Below, piece after piece: positions 47,986 to 57,708 of a stretch of 64,000 nt of DNA; the stretch's first letter is position 1; each line of letters begins with the position of its first letter. Position numbers and translations under genes: made by a program. The notes under the pieces were generated by a model. It made no database searches. It was not told the DNA's origin and saw only the letters and a list, made by a program, of their open reading frames with translations. Origin of the DNA: Candidatus Berkelbacteria bacterium (GTDB lineage Bacteria; Patescibacteriota; UBA1384; 2-12-FULL-50-11); contig CP066697.1 in the NCBI GenBank assembly GCA_016432625.1, positions 458,561 to 522,560 on the forward strand, given 5' to 3'.

Positions 47986-49041
47986 TTAATGTAACGCCTC
48001 CACAATATGGTCTGTTCTAATCCCGTGGGATCCTTTGACTAGTATGCTAGCAGCTTCTGGTAACTCCGCAACTACCTTATCGGCAGCTTCAGCGCTAGTT
48101 GGGTACCACTTGTCTGGTTTATAGTGCTTCGCTAGTTCGCCAACACCGATGACTTTATCTGCCAGTTGATGTGCCATTATGCCAACTTCCTCATGGAACT
48201 TAACTTCCTGCGAACCAAGTTCAAGCATTGAGCCCAGGATAGCAACGCGGGGCTTAGGCATTTTTGAGAGTTCTTCCAAGGCGGCTCGCATCGATACGGG
48301 CGAGGCGTTATAGGAGTCATCAATCACCTTGTACCGACCGGAGATGTGTTGCAATCGCCCAGCCGGACGCCAATCGCCTAGTAGCGCCTCACCGATAGTT
48401 TTAGGGTCGATTTTCAAGTGCTTGCCGACAAGCTCAGCAACGCGGTGAGCGATCTCGGCGGTAGGGCACTCAAACTCAACTACCTGGGCGCGTGATCGTT
48501 TTAAGTGCGTTTTGAAAAATGGGTCGTTCCGGTTAAGCAGTACCAGCCCGCTAGGTTTAGTAGCTTGGGCTAAATTGCCTTTTTCCTCGCCCAGCTGTTC
48601 GGAAGACTCGTAATTCATGAGGTGAGCCTCGCCGACCAAAGTAATGATGCCGATATCGGGTGTTATATGCTCGAGGAGCTCCGCCAAGTCACCGGGCTTA
48701 TCGGCTCCCATTTCAATGACTAGATATTTTGGCAGCTTATTGGTGAACGAGCGCCATATCGCTGCGAGCAGAATGAACGGCCACTGCCAGCTAATTTTTT
48801 GTTTATAGAAATCCACCTTAAAGCCTAGGATTGCCATGGGTAGTCCTAAGTAAGTGTTGAGGTTCCCGTAGCCAACCCTAACTTGGCTCTCTCCATACGC
48901 CCGCTTTAAGACCGCACCGACTGCTTCTTTAGTGCTAGTTTTGGCAATCGACCCGGTAATAGCAATAATAAACGGCTTATCGTTTGCGAGTCGGCTGTTG
49001 GCAGACAACCATAGTAAGAACGCCCTTAAATCCATAAACAA
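47986..49041 (-). CDS. murF: MurF ligase (short form lacking the usual N-terminal domain)
   Basis: AITGSIAKTSTK, EMG, DDSYNASP, MLELG, LVKGS. Confidence 0.88.
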   Translation of the reverse strand: MFMDLRAFLLWLSANSRLANDKPFIIAITGSIAKTSTKEAVGAVLKRAYGESQVRVGYGNLNTYLGLPMAILGFKVDFYKQKISWQWPFILLAAIWRSFTNKLPKYLVIEMGADKPGDLAELLEHITPDIGIITLVGEAHLMNYESSEQLGEEKGNLAQATKPSGLVLLNRNDPFFKTHLKRSRAQVVEFECPTAEIAHRVAELVGKHLKIDPKTIGEALLGDWRPAGRLQHISGRYKVIDDSYNASPVSMRAALEELSKMPKPRVAILGSMLELGSQEVKFHEEVGIMAHQLADKVIGVGELAKHYKPDKWYPTSAEAADKVVAELPEAASILVKGSHGIRTDHIVEALH

Positions 49042-49085
49042 ATCTTAACGACTAGGAGCCCTTGGGGCAATCGTCTAGTGCGGGA

Positions 49086-50795
49086 CTAACTGCGTAGCTG
49101 CAAATAGTTGACGATCCAATTGGCAATCTCACCGAACGTCGGGGCAGCTGAGGATTCGGCAAACTCAACAGTTTTTGGGTTGTCTAAACGGACCACCATT
49201 ACTACCTTAGGATTCTCAGCTGGGAAAAATCCGGCGAATGTACCGATGTGTCGATCCGTGTAATAGCCCCCGTGCGGATCCGGAACTTCGGCCGTACCAG
49301 TTTTACCGCCGACGCTAACGCCCTCTACTTTAGCTCGTTTACCGTGCCCATTTTCAACGACGCTAACCATCATCTGGCGAATTTTAGCTGAAGTTTCGGC
49401 GCTGATTACTTGCCCGCGAGTTTCATGCTTCAAGTTTTCCGCCTTCTCGTTTAAAACACTTTTCTCAACTAAATGGGGCGTTACCAGATTACCTTTGTTG
49501 ACTAGGGCGCTATAGGCAGCAGCAAGCTGTACCGTTGTTACCGAAACGCCTTGACCAAACGCCGCCGTTGAACGCAGAACGTCATTCCATTCCTTTTTTT
49601 CCGGTAAACGTCCGGACTGTTCACCGACCAGGTCAACACCACTTTTGGTACCGAAGCCAAACTTCTCAAAGTACTCCCTCTCCTTATCTGCGCCTAAGAG
49701 ACTAGAGATCCAGACCATAGCTACGTTATCGGAGTTTTCCAGTACTTGAGTCATTGTTTCCTTACCGTAAACTTTGTTTTCGGCGTTAAATATTTCACGA
49801 TCTTTTACGACAACTGACTTCCCGAAAGTGTTGGTTGTCTCTGGCTCAACTAACTTTGCGTCTATCGCCGAGGCCATCGTCAGCGGTTTAAAAACCGAGC
49901 CCGGCTCGTATATATTGCTGGCTGCTGGCGTTAAGAATTTATATTGCTCGTCGCCTTTGAGAGTCGAGAAAGCGTTAGGATCGTAACTCGGAGAGCCGGC
50001 GATAGCCATAATCCCCCCGTCAACTGGGTTCATAACGATAACCGATCCGCCGTCAGCTTTATATTTATCGAGCGCCTCGCGCAGTTTCGTTTCGACGATA
50101 AATTGCAAATTGTAGTCAATTGTAAGTACAAGGTCGCGACCTGCCTCAGATTTCTCAGTGCTAAGAATATCTATAAGGCGCCCGAGTGAGTCGCGCTTGG
50201 CCTTAGTGCTACCGCCACGACCGCGTAGCAAGTCGTCGTGAACTGCCTCAATGCCATACTTGCCGCTACCGTCGGCGCCAACAAAACCTAAAGCCTGCGG
50301 CGCGATTTTGTCCCCTTCAGGATAGACTCGCGCTAACACTGGCTTAACAAAAACACCTTTATAATTCTGCTTGGTAATCGATTGTGCCTTGATCTCATCT
50401 AATCCCTTAATCAACGCTGGAACATAGAGCTTGTCGTTATTAATCTTTGAGAATATATCCTCTTCTTTGAGCTCGGGCAGATCCTTAGCCAAGAGCGCGG
50501 CCAGTGTTTGCTTGTCTTTAACCTGGCGGGGCGAAACTTCCAACAGATATTGCCACTGGCTGATTGCTAACGGGTAAAGCTGTCCGTCTTTGTCCTTCGC
50601 GTATATCTTCCCCCGCGGAGCTGTTATCGCCGTTGTCGCTGTCGATTGGGTCTCGGCAGCCTTAACAAAATCATCATGCTCTATAACCTGTTTTTCAAAC
50701 AACCGAAAGATAATGCTTCCCGTTAAGAAGAAAATCAGTCCGAAGATGACTATCAATCGGCCGTTGGAACCCGAGGAGGCGTTTAGCGACGCCAT
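49086..50795 (-). CDS. ftsI: Class B PBP (FtsI-like)
   Basis: PRGKI, EPGSVFK, SDN, GKTGTA. Confidence 0.9.
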   Translation of the reverse strand: MASLNASSGSNGRLIVIFGLIFFLTGSIIFRLFEKQVIEHDDFVKAAETQSTATTAITAPRGKIYAKDKDGQLYPLAISQWQYLLEVSPRQVKDKQTLAALLAKDLPELKEEDIFSKINNDKLYVPALIKGLDEIKAQSITKQNYKGVFVKPVLARVYPEGDKIAPQALGFVGADGSGKYGIEAVHDDLLRGRGGSTKAKRDSLGRLIDILSTEKSEAGRDLVLTIDYNLQFIVETKLREALDKYKADGGSVIVMNPVDGGIMAIAGSPSYDPNAFSTLKGDEQYKFLTPAASNIYEPGSVFKPLTMASAIDAKLVEPETTNTFGKSVVVKDREIFNAENKVYGKETMTQVLENSDNVAMVWISSLLGADKEREYFEKFGFGTKSGVDLVGEQSGRLPEKKEWNDVLRSTAAFGQGVSVTTVQLAAAYSALVNKGNLVTPHLVEKSVLNEKAENLKHETRGQVISAETSAKIRQMMVSVVENGHGKRAKVEGVSVGGKTGTAEVPDPHGGYYTDRHIGTFAGFFPAENPKVVMVVRLDNPKTVEFAESSAAPTFGEIANWIVNYLQLRS

Positions 50796-50797
50796 CG

Positions 50798-51124
50798 TTA
50801 CGGAGTAACGTTCAAGGTTTCTGGATTACCACCAGCCGGTACAAGCCCTTGCTTGTTGGCGGCGTCGGTCAGGTTTTGTAGCGAACGGGTGCGACGCTCC
50901 TGAATAACTAGAGTATCGAACACTCGGTCCGCTTCTGTGACTTGCTTTTGGGCGTCTCGCAGCTGAATGGCCGTATCGGAACCCTGTGCAGACTGAACCA
51001 AGTAGAGTAGCGAGAGAACCGCCAAGATAACCAAGATCAGATATCGCGATGCGGTTGGGCCGACGCTGAAAACATTGCCCGTCTTGTAAACTCGGCGTCG
51101 CTGGATTCTTGAGATTTGGTTCAT
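50798..51124 (-). CDS. FtsL-like bitopic coiled-coil protein
   Basis: TM helix plus coiled coil; syntenic between rsmH and ftsI. Confidence 0.65.
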   Translation of the reverse strand: MNQISRIQRRRVYKTGNVFSVGPTASRYLILVILAVLSLLYLVQSAQGSDTAIQLRDAQKQVTEADRVFDTLVIQERRTRSLQNLTDAANKQGLVPAGGNPETLNVTP

Positions 51125-51140
51125 TTGGATTTTTGGCTTT

Positions 51141-51992
51141 CTAGTTTGTTGATTTAATTGCAGACCGTAACTTGGCGCTCCGACTTCTTGGGTTAGAGCG
51201 TTGCTCTTCTAACGATGGGATAACTGGCTTCTTTGTTACGACGGTCATATTTTCGCGCATGAATTCCTTAACAATTCGATCTTCTAATGAATGGAAGCTA
51301 ATGACGACCAGCCTACCCCCGTCTTTTAAAGCCGCTGCGGCTTTCTCTAAACCAATTTTCAGGGTGTGTAACTCGTCATTAACTTCAATTCGGAGCGCTT
51401 GAAACAAGGGCGCTAGAACACTGGGTTGTGTGGTGCCGACAATCCGCATGAAGTCATTGGTGGTACGAATCGGTTCGCGGCGCCTAGCATCGACAATCTT
51501 TCTTACCAGTGAGCGGTATTGCCGGTCTTCGGCCAAATCACGAAAGATGCGTTCCAGTCGCTCGGCTCCCGTCTGCATTAGCAGCTGCGAGGCATTTTGA
51601 CCGCTTCGCTCATCAAACCGCATATCGAGCGGCTCATTGCGGCTAAAGCTGAACCCACGTCCCGAGGCTTCCAATTGGTCAGAAGATATCCCGAGATCAA
51701 ACAGAATGCCGTCAAATTTCGCGTCTAGCTCATCTAGTCGATCATAAGCTAAGTTGAAAAGTTTCAGCCGATCAGGAAACTCGCGAGACAGCTCTTCGGC
51801 AAATGGCGCAACTGTACCGTCCCGGTCTAGAGCGTACACATGTCCGTCGGGTTCGATACGACGCAGAATCTCTCTTGAATGCCCCCCTCCGCCAAACGTG
51901 CAGTCAAGATAAGTTCCTCCATTTCCCAACTGAAGATAGCCGAGCGTCTCCTGTACTAGGACAGGGATGTGTTTTGAAGTTTTATCCATCAT
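51141..51992 (-). CDS. rsmH: 16S rRNA m4C1402 methyltransferase RsmH/MraW
   Basis: HIPVL, DCTFGGGGHS, DLGISS, SFHSLEDR, NPRSRSAKLR. Confidence 0.97.
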   Translation of the reverse strand: MMDKTSKHIPVLVQETLGYLQLGNGGTYLDCTFGGGGHSREILRRIEPDGHVYALDRDGTVAPFAEELSREFPDRLKLFNLAYDRLDELDAKFDGILFDLGISSDQLEASGRGFSFSRNEPLDMRFDERSGQNASQLLMQTGAERLERIFRDLAEDRQYRSLVRKIVDARRREPIRTTNDFMRIVGTTQPSVLAPLFQALRIEVNDELHTLKIGLEKAAAALKDGGRLVVISFHSLEDRIVKEFMRENMTVVTKKPVIPSLEEQRSNPRSRSAKLRSAIKSTN

Positions 51993-52258
51993 TTGTTAGG
52001 TGCTTTTCTCTTACACTTACATTGTCTCGTTGTAACCACGGCCAGTTGCAGGGGTCAGAAGACGGTCATAGCCACCGGGGATAGGTTCCTCCCTAATAGT
52101 AAGGGCAGGAAAAGACCCGATAGCGAGTCTCTTTCCTTACGGAGAGAGCCTCTTCGTCAAATGATTATATGAAATACAAACCTGACGTTGAGGAACCGAC
52201 TTACTAGTTCCCCCGCCACTGGTCATCAAAAAGTTGGTGTGGGTCAACAACATGGTCA

Positions 52259-52690
52259 TCAGAGTTCCCATTCGGTCAGCTTTTCAGCATTGCTTTCGTT
52301 ATCAACGGCAGCCTGTTTGCTGTATGCGTCCCATGTTTGCTTGTCCCAAATTTCAGCACGGTTAAACACCCCCGTAACCATTACTGGTCCCTTGATACCA
52401 GCGTAATCACGCAAGTACCCAGGTAGTAGCGCCCTCCCCTGCTTATCAATTTCCACTTCCATCGCTCCTGAGAGCATCATCCGAGCAAACGCCCGGGCGT
52501 TGGAACTGGAGATTGGCAAGTTGGCGAGTCTAGTTGCCATCGTTTCCCATTCCGCTTTCGGATACAAAAACAAACACTTGTCGAGTCCTCGGGTGACGAT
52601 CGCCGATGACCCTAACTCGGACCGGAACTTGGCCGGCACTGAGAGGCGCCCCTTGGCGTCCAGATTGTGTGTGAATTCTCCTATTAACAT
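52259..52690 (-). CDS. mraZ: Transcriptional regulator MraZ
   Basis: MLIGEF..LDAKGRL and DKQGR; start placed at ATG 52690. Confidence 0.96.
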   Translation of the reverse strand: MLIGEFTHNLDAKGRLSVPAKFRSELGSSAIVTRGLDKCLFLYPKAEWETMATRLANLPISSSNARAFARMMLSGAMEVEIDKQGRALLPGYLRDYAGIKGPVMVTGVFNRAEIWDKQTWDAYSKQAAVDNESNAEKLTEWEL

Positions 52691-52822
52691 CAACTTCGTT
52701 GCTGTTACTCCTCGCACTTTTCAAGCGCTCGTAGTTAACATTTACCTTTCTCTTTAAATTCATATGGTCTTGCTTGTGGAAAAGTTTGGATGAAGCCTCC
52801 TCCTGATGGGTAATGGACTTTT

Positions 52823-52856
52823 CCACTTTTCCCCACTCCATCCCACTTTTTTCCAC
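52823..52856 (-). promoter_or_regulatory. MraZ-binding repeats
   Basis: Four GTGG boxes at an exact 10-nt period upstream of mraZ. Confidence 0.85.
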
Positions 52857-52868
52857 GTGCTGCGATTT

Positions 52869-52897
52869 ACAGTATGGCTTTGCGAAATGGTTGTCAA
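52869..52897 (-). promoter_or_regulatory. dcw cluster promoter
   Basis: TTGACA-N17-TACTGT. Confidence 0.75.
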
Positions 52898-52951
52898 GTG
52901 TTTGTCAGAAATAACACTGTTGAGCTTCGTCAGATAGGATAAAATGCAGCT

Positions 52952-53299
52952 ATGAACGAATTAGCCAAGCAAAAATGCGTCCCGTGTGAAGGCGGGGTTC
53001 CGCCACTCAAGGGCAAGGCCTTAGAGAAATTGAAAAGTCAGCTCGACAGTGAAGCGCCGGGCTGGAATTTGCGCGATGCCAAACACCTTGAAAAAACCTA
53101 TAAATTTCCGGATTTCCAAAGTGCCTTGGAGTTTGTTAATGGGGTCGGCGAAATCGCCGAGTCTGAGGGCCACCATCCGAACATCGAATTCGGCTGGGGT
53201 TTTGTGCGAATTATTATTTGGACCCACAAAATCGACGGATTATCGGAAAGTGACTTCGTTCTCTCAGCGAAGATCGAGGACTTGAACGCGCGTTCTTAA
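52952..53299 (+). CDS. Pterin-4-alpha-carbinolamine dehydratase family protein
   Basis: CVPCEGG, EGHHP, WTHKIDGLSESDF. Confidence 0.92.
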   Translation: MNELAKQKCVPCEGGVPPLKGKALEKLKSQLDSEAPGWNLRDAKHLEKTYKFPDFQSALEFVNGVGEIAESEGHHPNIEFGWGFVRIIIWTHKIDGLSESDFVLSAKIEDLNARS

Positions 53300-53363
53300 A
53301 ACAGAAGCGTTGGGTAAAGAAACGGGCCGGCATACGCCGGCCCTAAAGGACCCAGTACTGAAG

Positions 53364-54149
53364 CTACCCGGAGTCACGGATTACGTACTCGCGCCCCTTG
53401 CCGTCTTTCGCGGACCAAGGCAGGTTAACCGCGCCGTTCCATACCTTCGTGTAACTTTTCAAGAGCGCCCCACTGCGAAGATCCAACTCATAAAAAGTAT
53501 GCTTGCTATCAGCTTGGAACGGGTACGTCAGTACCAGTCTGCCACCCTTGACAGCGAAGAAGGCGTAAAAGTTCTCGTCCGCGTCCGCGGATGCTGCCTC
53601 GTCGTCAGAGATCTTCGGTGCCTTCAGCTCCTTATGCCATTGGGCAACGCCTTTGGCGTCGAGATGAGTGACAAAAAGCTCACCGGATTTGGTGTGGCCG
53701 GAGACGAAGCAGTTGCCGCCACCGTCGTCGGTGACGTATTCAGCATCACGAAACCTTTCCAGTTTGGCTTTCCAAACAATCCGTCCGCTTTTGCCAAGCT
53801 GAAATGCTACCGGAAACTTGTCCTTGCCCCGGTAGTTCCTTGTGCAGGCAACGTAAACACCACCTAATGATGCCTTGAGAGCGGTGATTTCGTCCTCAGC
53901 CGTCCCGACCACTGTTTTCCAGATCATTTTGCCTTGGCCATCACACTTGATGACCGTACCGCCACCCCCAGCAAAGAACGCTCCGCCACTTTCGACTGCT
54001 AGAGCGCTAGCCCTACGCGAAGTGTACGCGGAGAAGCTTGCGAGCTTGGTTGGACGCCCGTTGACCATCACGGCGATTGTCGACTCGTCAGCCCTTACCA
54101 CTGATGTGGCCCAGACCGATACAACGAAAAGCGACAATAATTGACGCAT
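53364..54149 (-). CDS. Secreted beta-propeller-like protein
   Basis: Signal peptide; repeats D.QGKMIWK, SGRIVWK, DAKGVAQW; SD GGAGG upstream. Confidence 0.7.
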   Translation of the reverse strand: MRQLLSLFVVSVWATSVVRADESTIAVMVNGRPTKLASFSAYTSRRASALAVESGGAFFAGGGGTVIKCDGQGKMIWKTVVGTAEDEITALKASLGGVYVACTRNYRGKDKFPVAFQLGKSGRIVWKAKLERFRDAEYVTDDGGGNCFVSGHTKSGELFVTHLDAKGVAQWHKELKAPKISDDEAASADADENFYAFFAVKGGRLVLTYPFQADSKHTFYELDLRSGALLKSYTKVWNGAVNLPWSAKDGKGREYVIRDSG

Positions 54150-54232
54150 TGATTCATACCTCCAAAGAACTCAGCCAAGTTGCCCTGACCTGTCGGCGCA
54201 ATAATAGCAGTTAGCTGGGTCGAATTGTAGAG

Positions 54233-55522
54233 TTAGGGCGTGGTTCGTTCTTGTTTCATCGTGTCGCGGTCGCGAGCGGTAACCGTGCCCTTGGTCTTAC
54301 CTTCAACTGACTCAAAATCGACAGTGTAACAAACCGGGGTGCCGATCTCGTCTTGGCGACGATAGCGCCGGCCGATCGAGCCGGATTCGTCGTAAAAAAC
54401 ATTCTTTCCCTCAGCGCGTAATTTAGTCACGAGTTCGGCCGCAAATTTTAACAACGGTTCCTTTTTAACAAGTGGCAAAACAGCCGCATCGTACGCAGCA
54501 AGGTTTTGGTTAATTGATAATACTGTCTCCAACTCGCCAGCATCGTTACGGCCTTTTTCAAAGTTCTGCCAAGCGTCAAGCAAAACCACAAGCAATGCCC
54601 GATCCAACCCGGCGGCTGGTTCGATCACCCAGGGGATGAATTTTTCTTTTGTCTCTTCATCGAAAACCGACATGTCTTTACCGGAATGTTTCTGGTGCGC
54701 AGTTAAATCGTAGTCGCCGCGATTGGCGATTCCTTCTAGCTCGCCCCAACCCCAGGGGTACTTATACTCAATGTCTGTTGTGGCTTTTGAATAGTGCGAT
54801 AACGCCGATTTTGGGTGTTTATATAGTCGCAAGTTTTCCTTGCTGACACCGAGCTCAACATACCACTGCAGCCGCGCATAAACCCATTTATCAAACCATT
54901 CCTCGGCCTCGTCTTCACGGACAAAAAACTCCATCTCCATCTGCTCGAACTCCCGAGTGCGGTACGTAAAATTACCCGGTGTAATTTCGTTACGGAAGCT
55001 TTTGCCGATTTGCGCGATCCCAAAGGGTATTTTTTTTCGAGAGGCTTCTAGAACTTGTTTGAAATTGATAAAAATGCCCTGGCAAGTTTCAGGCCGTAAG
55101 TAGGCGACGGATGCTTCCTCCTCTACCGGGCCGATTGAGGTTTTAAACATTAAATTAAACTGGCGTGGCTCACTAACTGGATTACCCTCCGGGCTTTTGG
55201 ACGGATCTTCTAGGTGGTCGGCTCGATATCGTTTATGGGTTACTAGATCTTCGACGAGCGGGTCAGTAAAGTTCTCCGTATGCCCAGCCGCTTCCCAGAC
55301 TTGGGGGTTAAGGATTATCGGTGAATCAATACCGACAATATCATCGCGTTCGGCAACCATTGTGCGCCACCAAAAATTACGCAGCTTATTTTTCATCTCA
55401 ACACCGACTGGGCCGTAGTCATAGGAATTCGACAGGCCGCCGTATATTTCGCTCGAAGGCCAAATGACGCCCCGGCGTTTAGCCCAGGCCACAAATTCCT
55501 GCATTTGTTCAGGTTTAACCAT
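54233..55522 (-). CDS. glyQS: Glycine--tRNA ligase (alpha2 type)
   Basis: YDYGP, LRPETCQG, FRNEITP, REFEQME, IGRRYRRQDEIG. Confidence 0.97.
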   Translation of the reverse strand: MVKPEQMQEFVAWAKRRGVIWPSSEIYGGLSNSYDYGPVGVEMKNKLRNFWWRTMVAERDDIVGIDSPIILNPQVWEAAGHTENFTDPLVEDLVTHKRYRADHLEDPSKSPEGNPVSEPRQFNLMFKTSIGPVEEEASVAYLRPETCQGIFINFKQVLEASRKKIPFGIAQIGKSFRNEITPGNFTYRTREFEQMEMEFFVREDEAEEWFDKWVYARLQWYVELGVSKENLRLYKHPKSALSHYSKATTDIEYKYPWGWGELEGIANRGDYDLTAHQKHSGKDMSVFDEETKEKFIPWVIEPAAGLDRALLVVLLDAWQNFEKGRNDAGELETVLSINQNLAAYDAAVLPLVKKEPLLKFAAELVTKLRAEGKNVFYDESGSIGRRYRRQDEIGTPVCYTVDFESVEGKTKGTVTARDRDTMKQERTTP

Positions 55523-55546
55523 CGCCCTAATTCTAACTGAAGTTTT

Positions 55547-56602
55547 CTACTTGTAGAAGGAAGCAATCGGGTCAAGGAAGCTGGCGAGCGGCCCAAGCAT
55601 GGAAGTGTAGTCGAAGACTGAGAGTAGCATCACCGCCGAAATAAGCAGCATCACGAAGGCAAATATTTTGAACATTGCCCGCCCTTTGTTGAACAGGAAG
55701 AGAATGAAACCTAGGCCAAGACTGATTGTCGCTGTTGGCCAGCCGATTGATTTAATCGCGTCCCAGTTACTACCCAGTGTGGATTTCAGAAATGGCGAGG
55801 CGAGGAGGCCGAGTAAGGCGATGAGGCCAAATACTATTAAGACCTCACCGATCGTACCGATGCCGCTAGTTCCTTCTTCTATTGTCGCTTCGTCGTTTAA
55901 GTCCTTGTGATCGGCCGGCGGGGTCTGACCCTGCGGACCGCTAAGGATTTTGGTGTAGATATCATTTACTGGCTTAGCAGACTGGCTGGTGTTGCTCTTC
56001 GGTATCGCAGCAGCAGTGGGCGCAGCGGCCGGCGGCGGCGTAACTGGAATTGGCTCCTGTACTTTTGCCTCTTCTGGCTTTGGTTGCTCAGGCGCGGGTT
56101 GCTCCACGGGTGGTGGCGGCACTTCAGCAGGCTTAACTTCCTCGCTTTTTGGAGCCTCAGTCGGGGGCGTAGAGAGCACGGTTTCACCGTCTTTCTTCGT
56201 GACTGGTGGTTCGGCAGCACTTTCGCCAACGCCGCTAGTTAATTTTTCAATCTTGGACTCGAGAGCTTGTACCTCTCCGGTTAGAACCTCGATTTGTTCC
56301 CCGAGTGATTCGTGCGGATCGTTCTCTTTTTGTGCCGCAGCGATATCAGCCTCACTAACAATTACTGGCGTTTCTGGGGCTGGGGTGGCCTGGGATGGTG
56401 CGGGCACAGTCGCTTCTTCTGTTTTAGCGGCTTCTGGAGCAGCGGTAGATGGACCCGTATCTGGTTGCTTAGGAGTCTCTGGCGCCTGATTTATCGCCAA
56501 AGAGCCATCATTTGCAGTAGTAGTCTCAGCACCGTTGATAGCGGTGTTTTTTGGTTCTTCGGTTTTAGCTTGTTGCTTATCTTCAGCCATATCCCCTCCC
56601 AA
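55547..56602 (-). CDS. Membrane protein with long Pro/Glu/Ala/Thr-rich disordered N-terminus and three C-terminal TM helices
   Basis: Amino-acid composition, short coiled coil, hydrophobic C-terminus; SD GGAGG. Confidence 0.8.
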   Translation of the reverse strand: MGGDMAEDKQQAKTEEPKNTAINGAETTTANDGSLAINQAPETPKQPDTGPSTAAPEAAKTEEATVPAPSQATPAPETPVIVSEADIAAAQKENDPHESLGEQIEVLTGEVQALESKIEKLTSGVGESAAEPPVTKKDGETVLSTPPTEAPKSEEVKPAEVPPPPVEQPAPEQPKPEEAKVQEPIPVTPPPAAAPTAAAIPKSNTSQSAKPVNDIYTKILSGPQGQTPPADHKDLNDEATIEEGTSGIGTIGEVLIVFGLIALLGLLASPFLKSTLGSNWDAIKSIGWPTATISLGLGFILFLFNKGRAMFKIFAFVMLLISAVMLLSVFDYTSMLGPLASFLDPIASFYK

Positions 56603-56610
56603 TATTAACG

Positions 56611-57708
56611 CTACTCGCCCAAATACTTCCGTGGGACGGCGGTGCCGATTCGAGTAACAATTTCATGATGACGAAGGCCTGAGGACTTGGCAAGTTCTGT
56701 CACGTTGATTGTTTCAGTCTGACCCGTTGCGTTCTTCTGAGAGCCAATTAAAACCACCTCATCACTTCGTTTAATTGGCAACCCTGTAACATCGGCTACG
56801 CAGAGGTTCATAGCGATCTTACCGATAATCGGCACGCGATAGCCGTTGATTAGTGCCTCTGCCTTGCCGGTCAGAGCCTGAGTGAAGCCTTCGGCGTACC
56901 CCGCGGACAAGACGGCAATATCTGAGTCACGTTTCGCTACCCAAAGGTGGTTGTAACTGACGCCCTCGCCCTCATCAATCGATTTAACTTGCGCCACCAC
57001 CGTCTTGTAAGTAAGGCAAGGCTCGAGACCATCTATCACACCGTCTGTGCCATAAAACGCTAGCCCAACTCGTACGGCATCGAGATATCCCTCCTGAAAA
57101 TTATCGAGGGCATAACTTGAGACGAGGTGAAACGGTAAAATCTCAATTTTATCCTGGGTCCGCAAAATCACGTCCTGAAGACGCCGCAGCTGCTCGAGGT
57201 TTAGCTGATAGTCGGTCGCGTCAGCTAGATGCGAGAAAACTGCCTCGACACTAATGTGTGGGAAGTGTCGTTGGCTTATTAAAAAATCGACGGCGTCTTC
57301 AATCGCTACCCCTAGTCGATTGAGTCCGGTTTCAACCTTCAGGTGAACCTTGGCTTGACGTCCGAGCCGTTGCGCTGCTCGTTCAATTTGCGGGATCATC
57401 TCTTTGTCGTAAAGCGTCAAAGCAAAGCCGTGCTCGATAGCCTCGGACGTTTCTTGGCTGTTGAGGTAATTCAGAATCAGAACCGGTTTGCGACTATTCC
57501 GCTTAACCTTCAAGGCTTCCTCGAGTGAAATTACCGCAAACATATCGACGCCCGACGCGTTTAAGGTTTTAGTGATCGTCTCAATTCCGTGGCCGTATGC
57601 GTCAGCTTTAACGACGGCGATTACGCCGACGTTCGAACCAATTTTCTTCTTAAGAATCGCGGTGTTTCGACGCACAACGTCGAGGTCAATCTCAAGCCAA
57701 GCCCGCAT
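56611..57708 (-). CDS. alr: Alanine racemase family protein
   Basis: AVVKADAYGHG, HLKVETG, GVSY. Confidence 0.9.
   Translation of the reverse strand: MRAWLEIDLDVVRRNTAILKKKIGSNVGVIAVVKADAYGHGIETITKTLNASGVDMFAVISLEEALKVKRNSRKPVLILNYLNSQETSEAIEHGFALTLYDKEMIPQIERAAQRLGRQAKVHLKVETGLNRLGVAIEDAVDFLISQRHFPHISVEAVFSHLADATDYQLNLEQLRRLQDVILRTQDKIEILPFHLVSSYALDNFQEGYLDAVRVGLAFYGTDGVIDGLEPCLTYKTVVAQVKSIDEGEGVSYNHLWVAKRDSDIAVLSAGYAEGFTQALTGKAEALINGYRVPIIGKIAMNLCVADVTGLPIKRSDEVVLIGSQKNATGQTETINVTELAKSSGLRHHEIVTRIGTAVPRKYLGE

Noticed and set aside
52815-52860. Periodic repeats resembling a mini-CRISPR or iterons
   Set aside because: Explained as MraZ-binding boxes; no CRISPR array or cas genes are seen in the window.
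55900-56600. Low-complexity Pro/Ala/Glu region as a tandem repeat
   Set aside because: No discrete repeat unit; an ordinary disordered protein segment.
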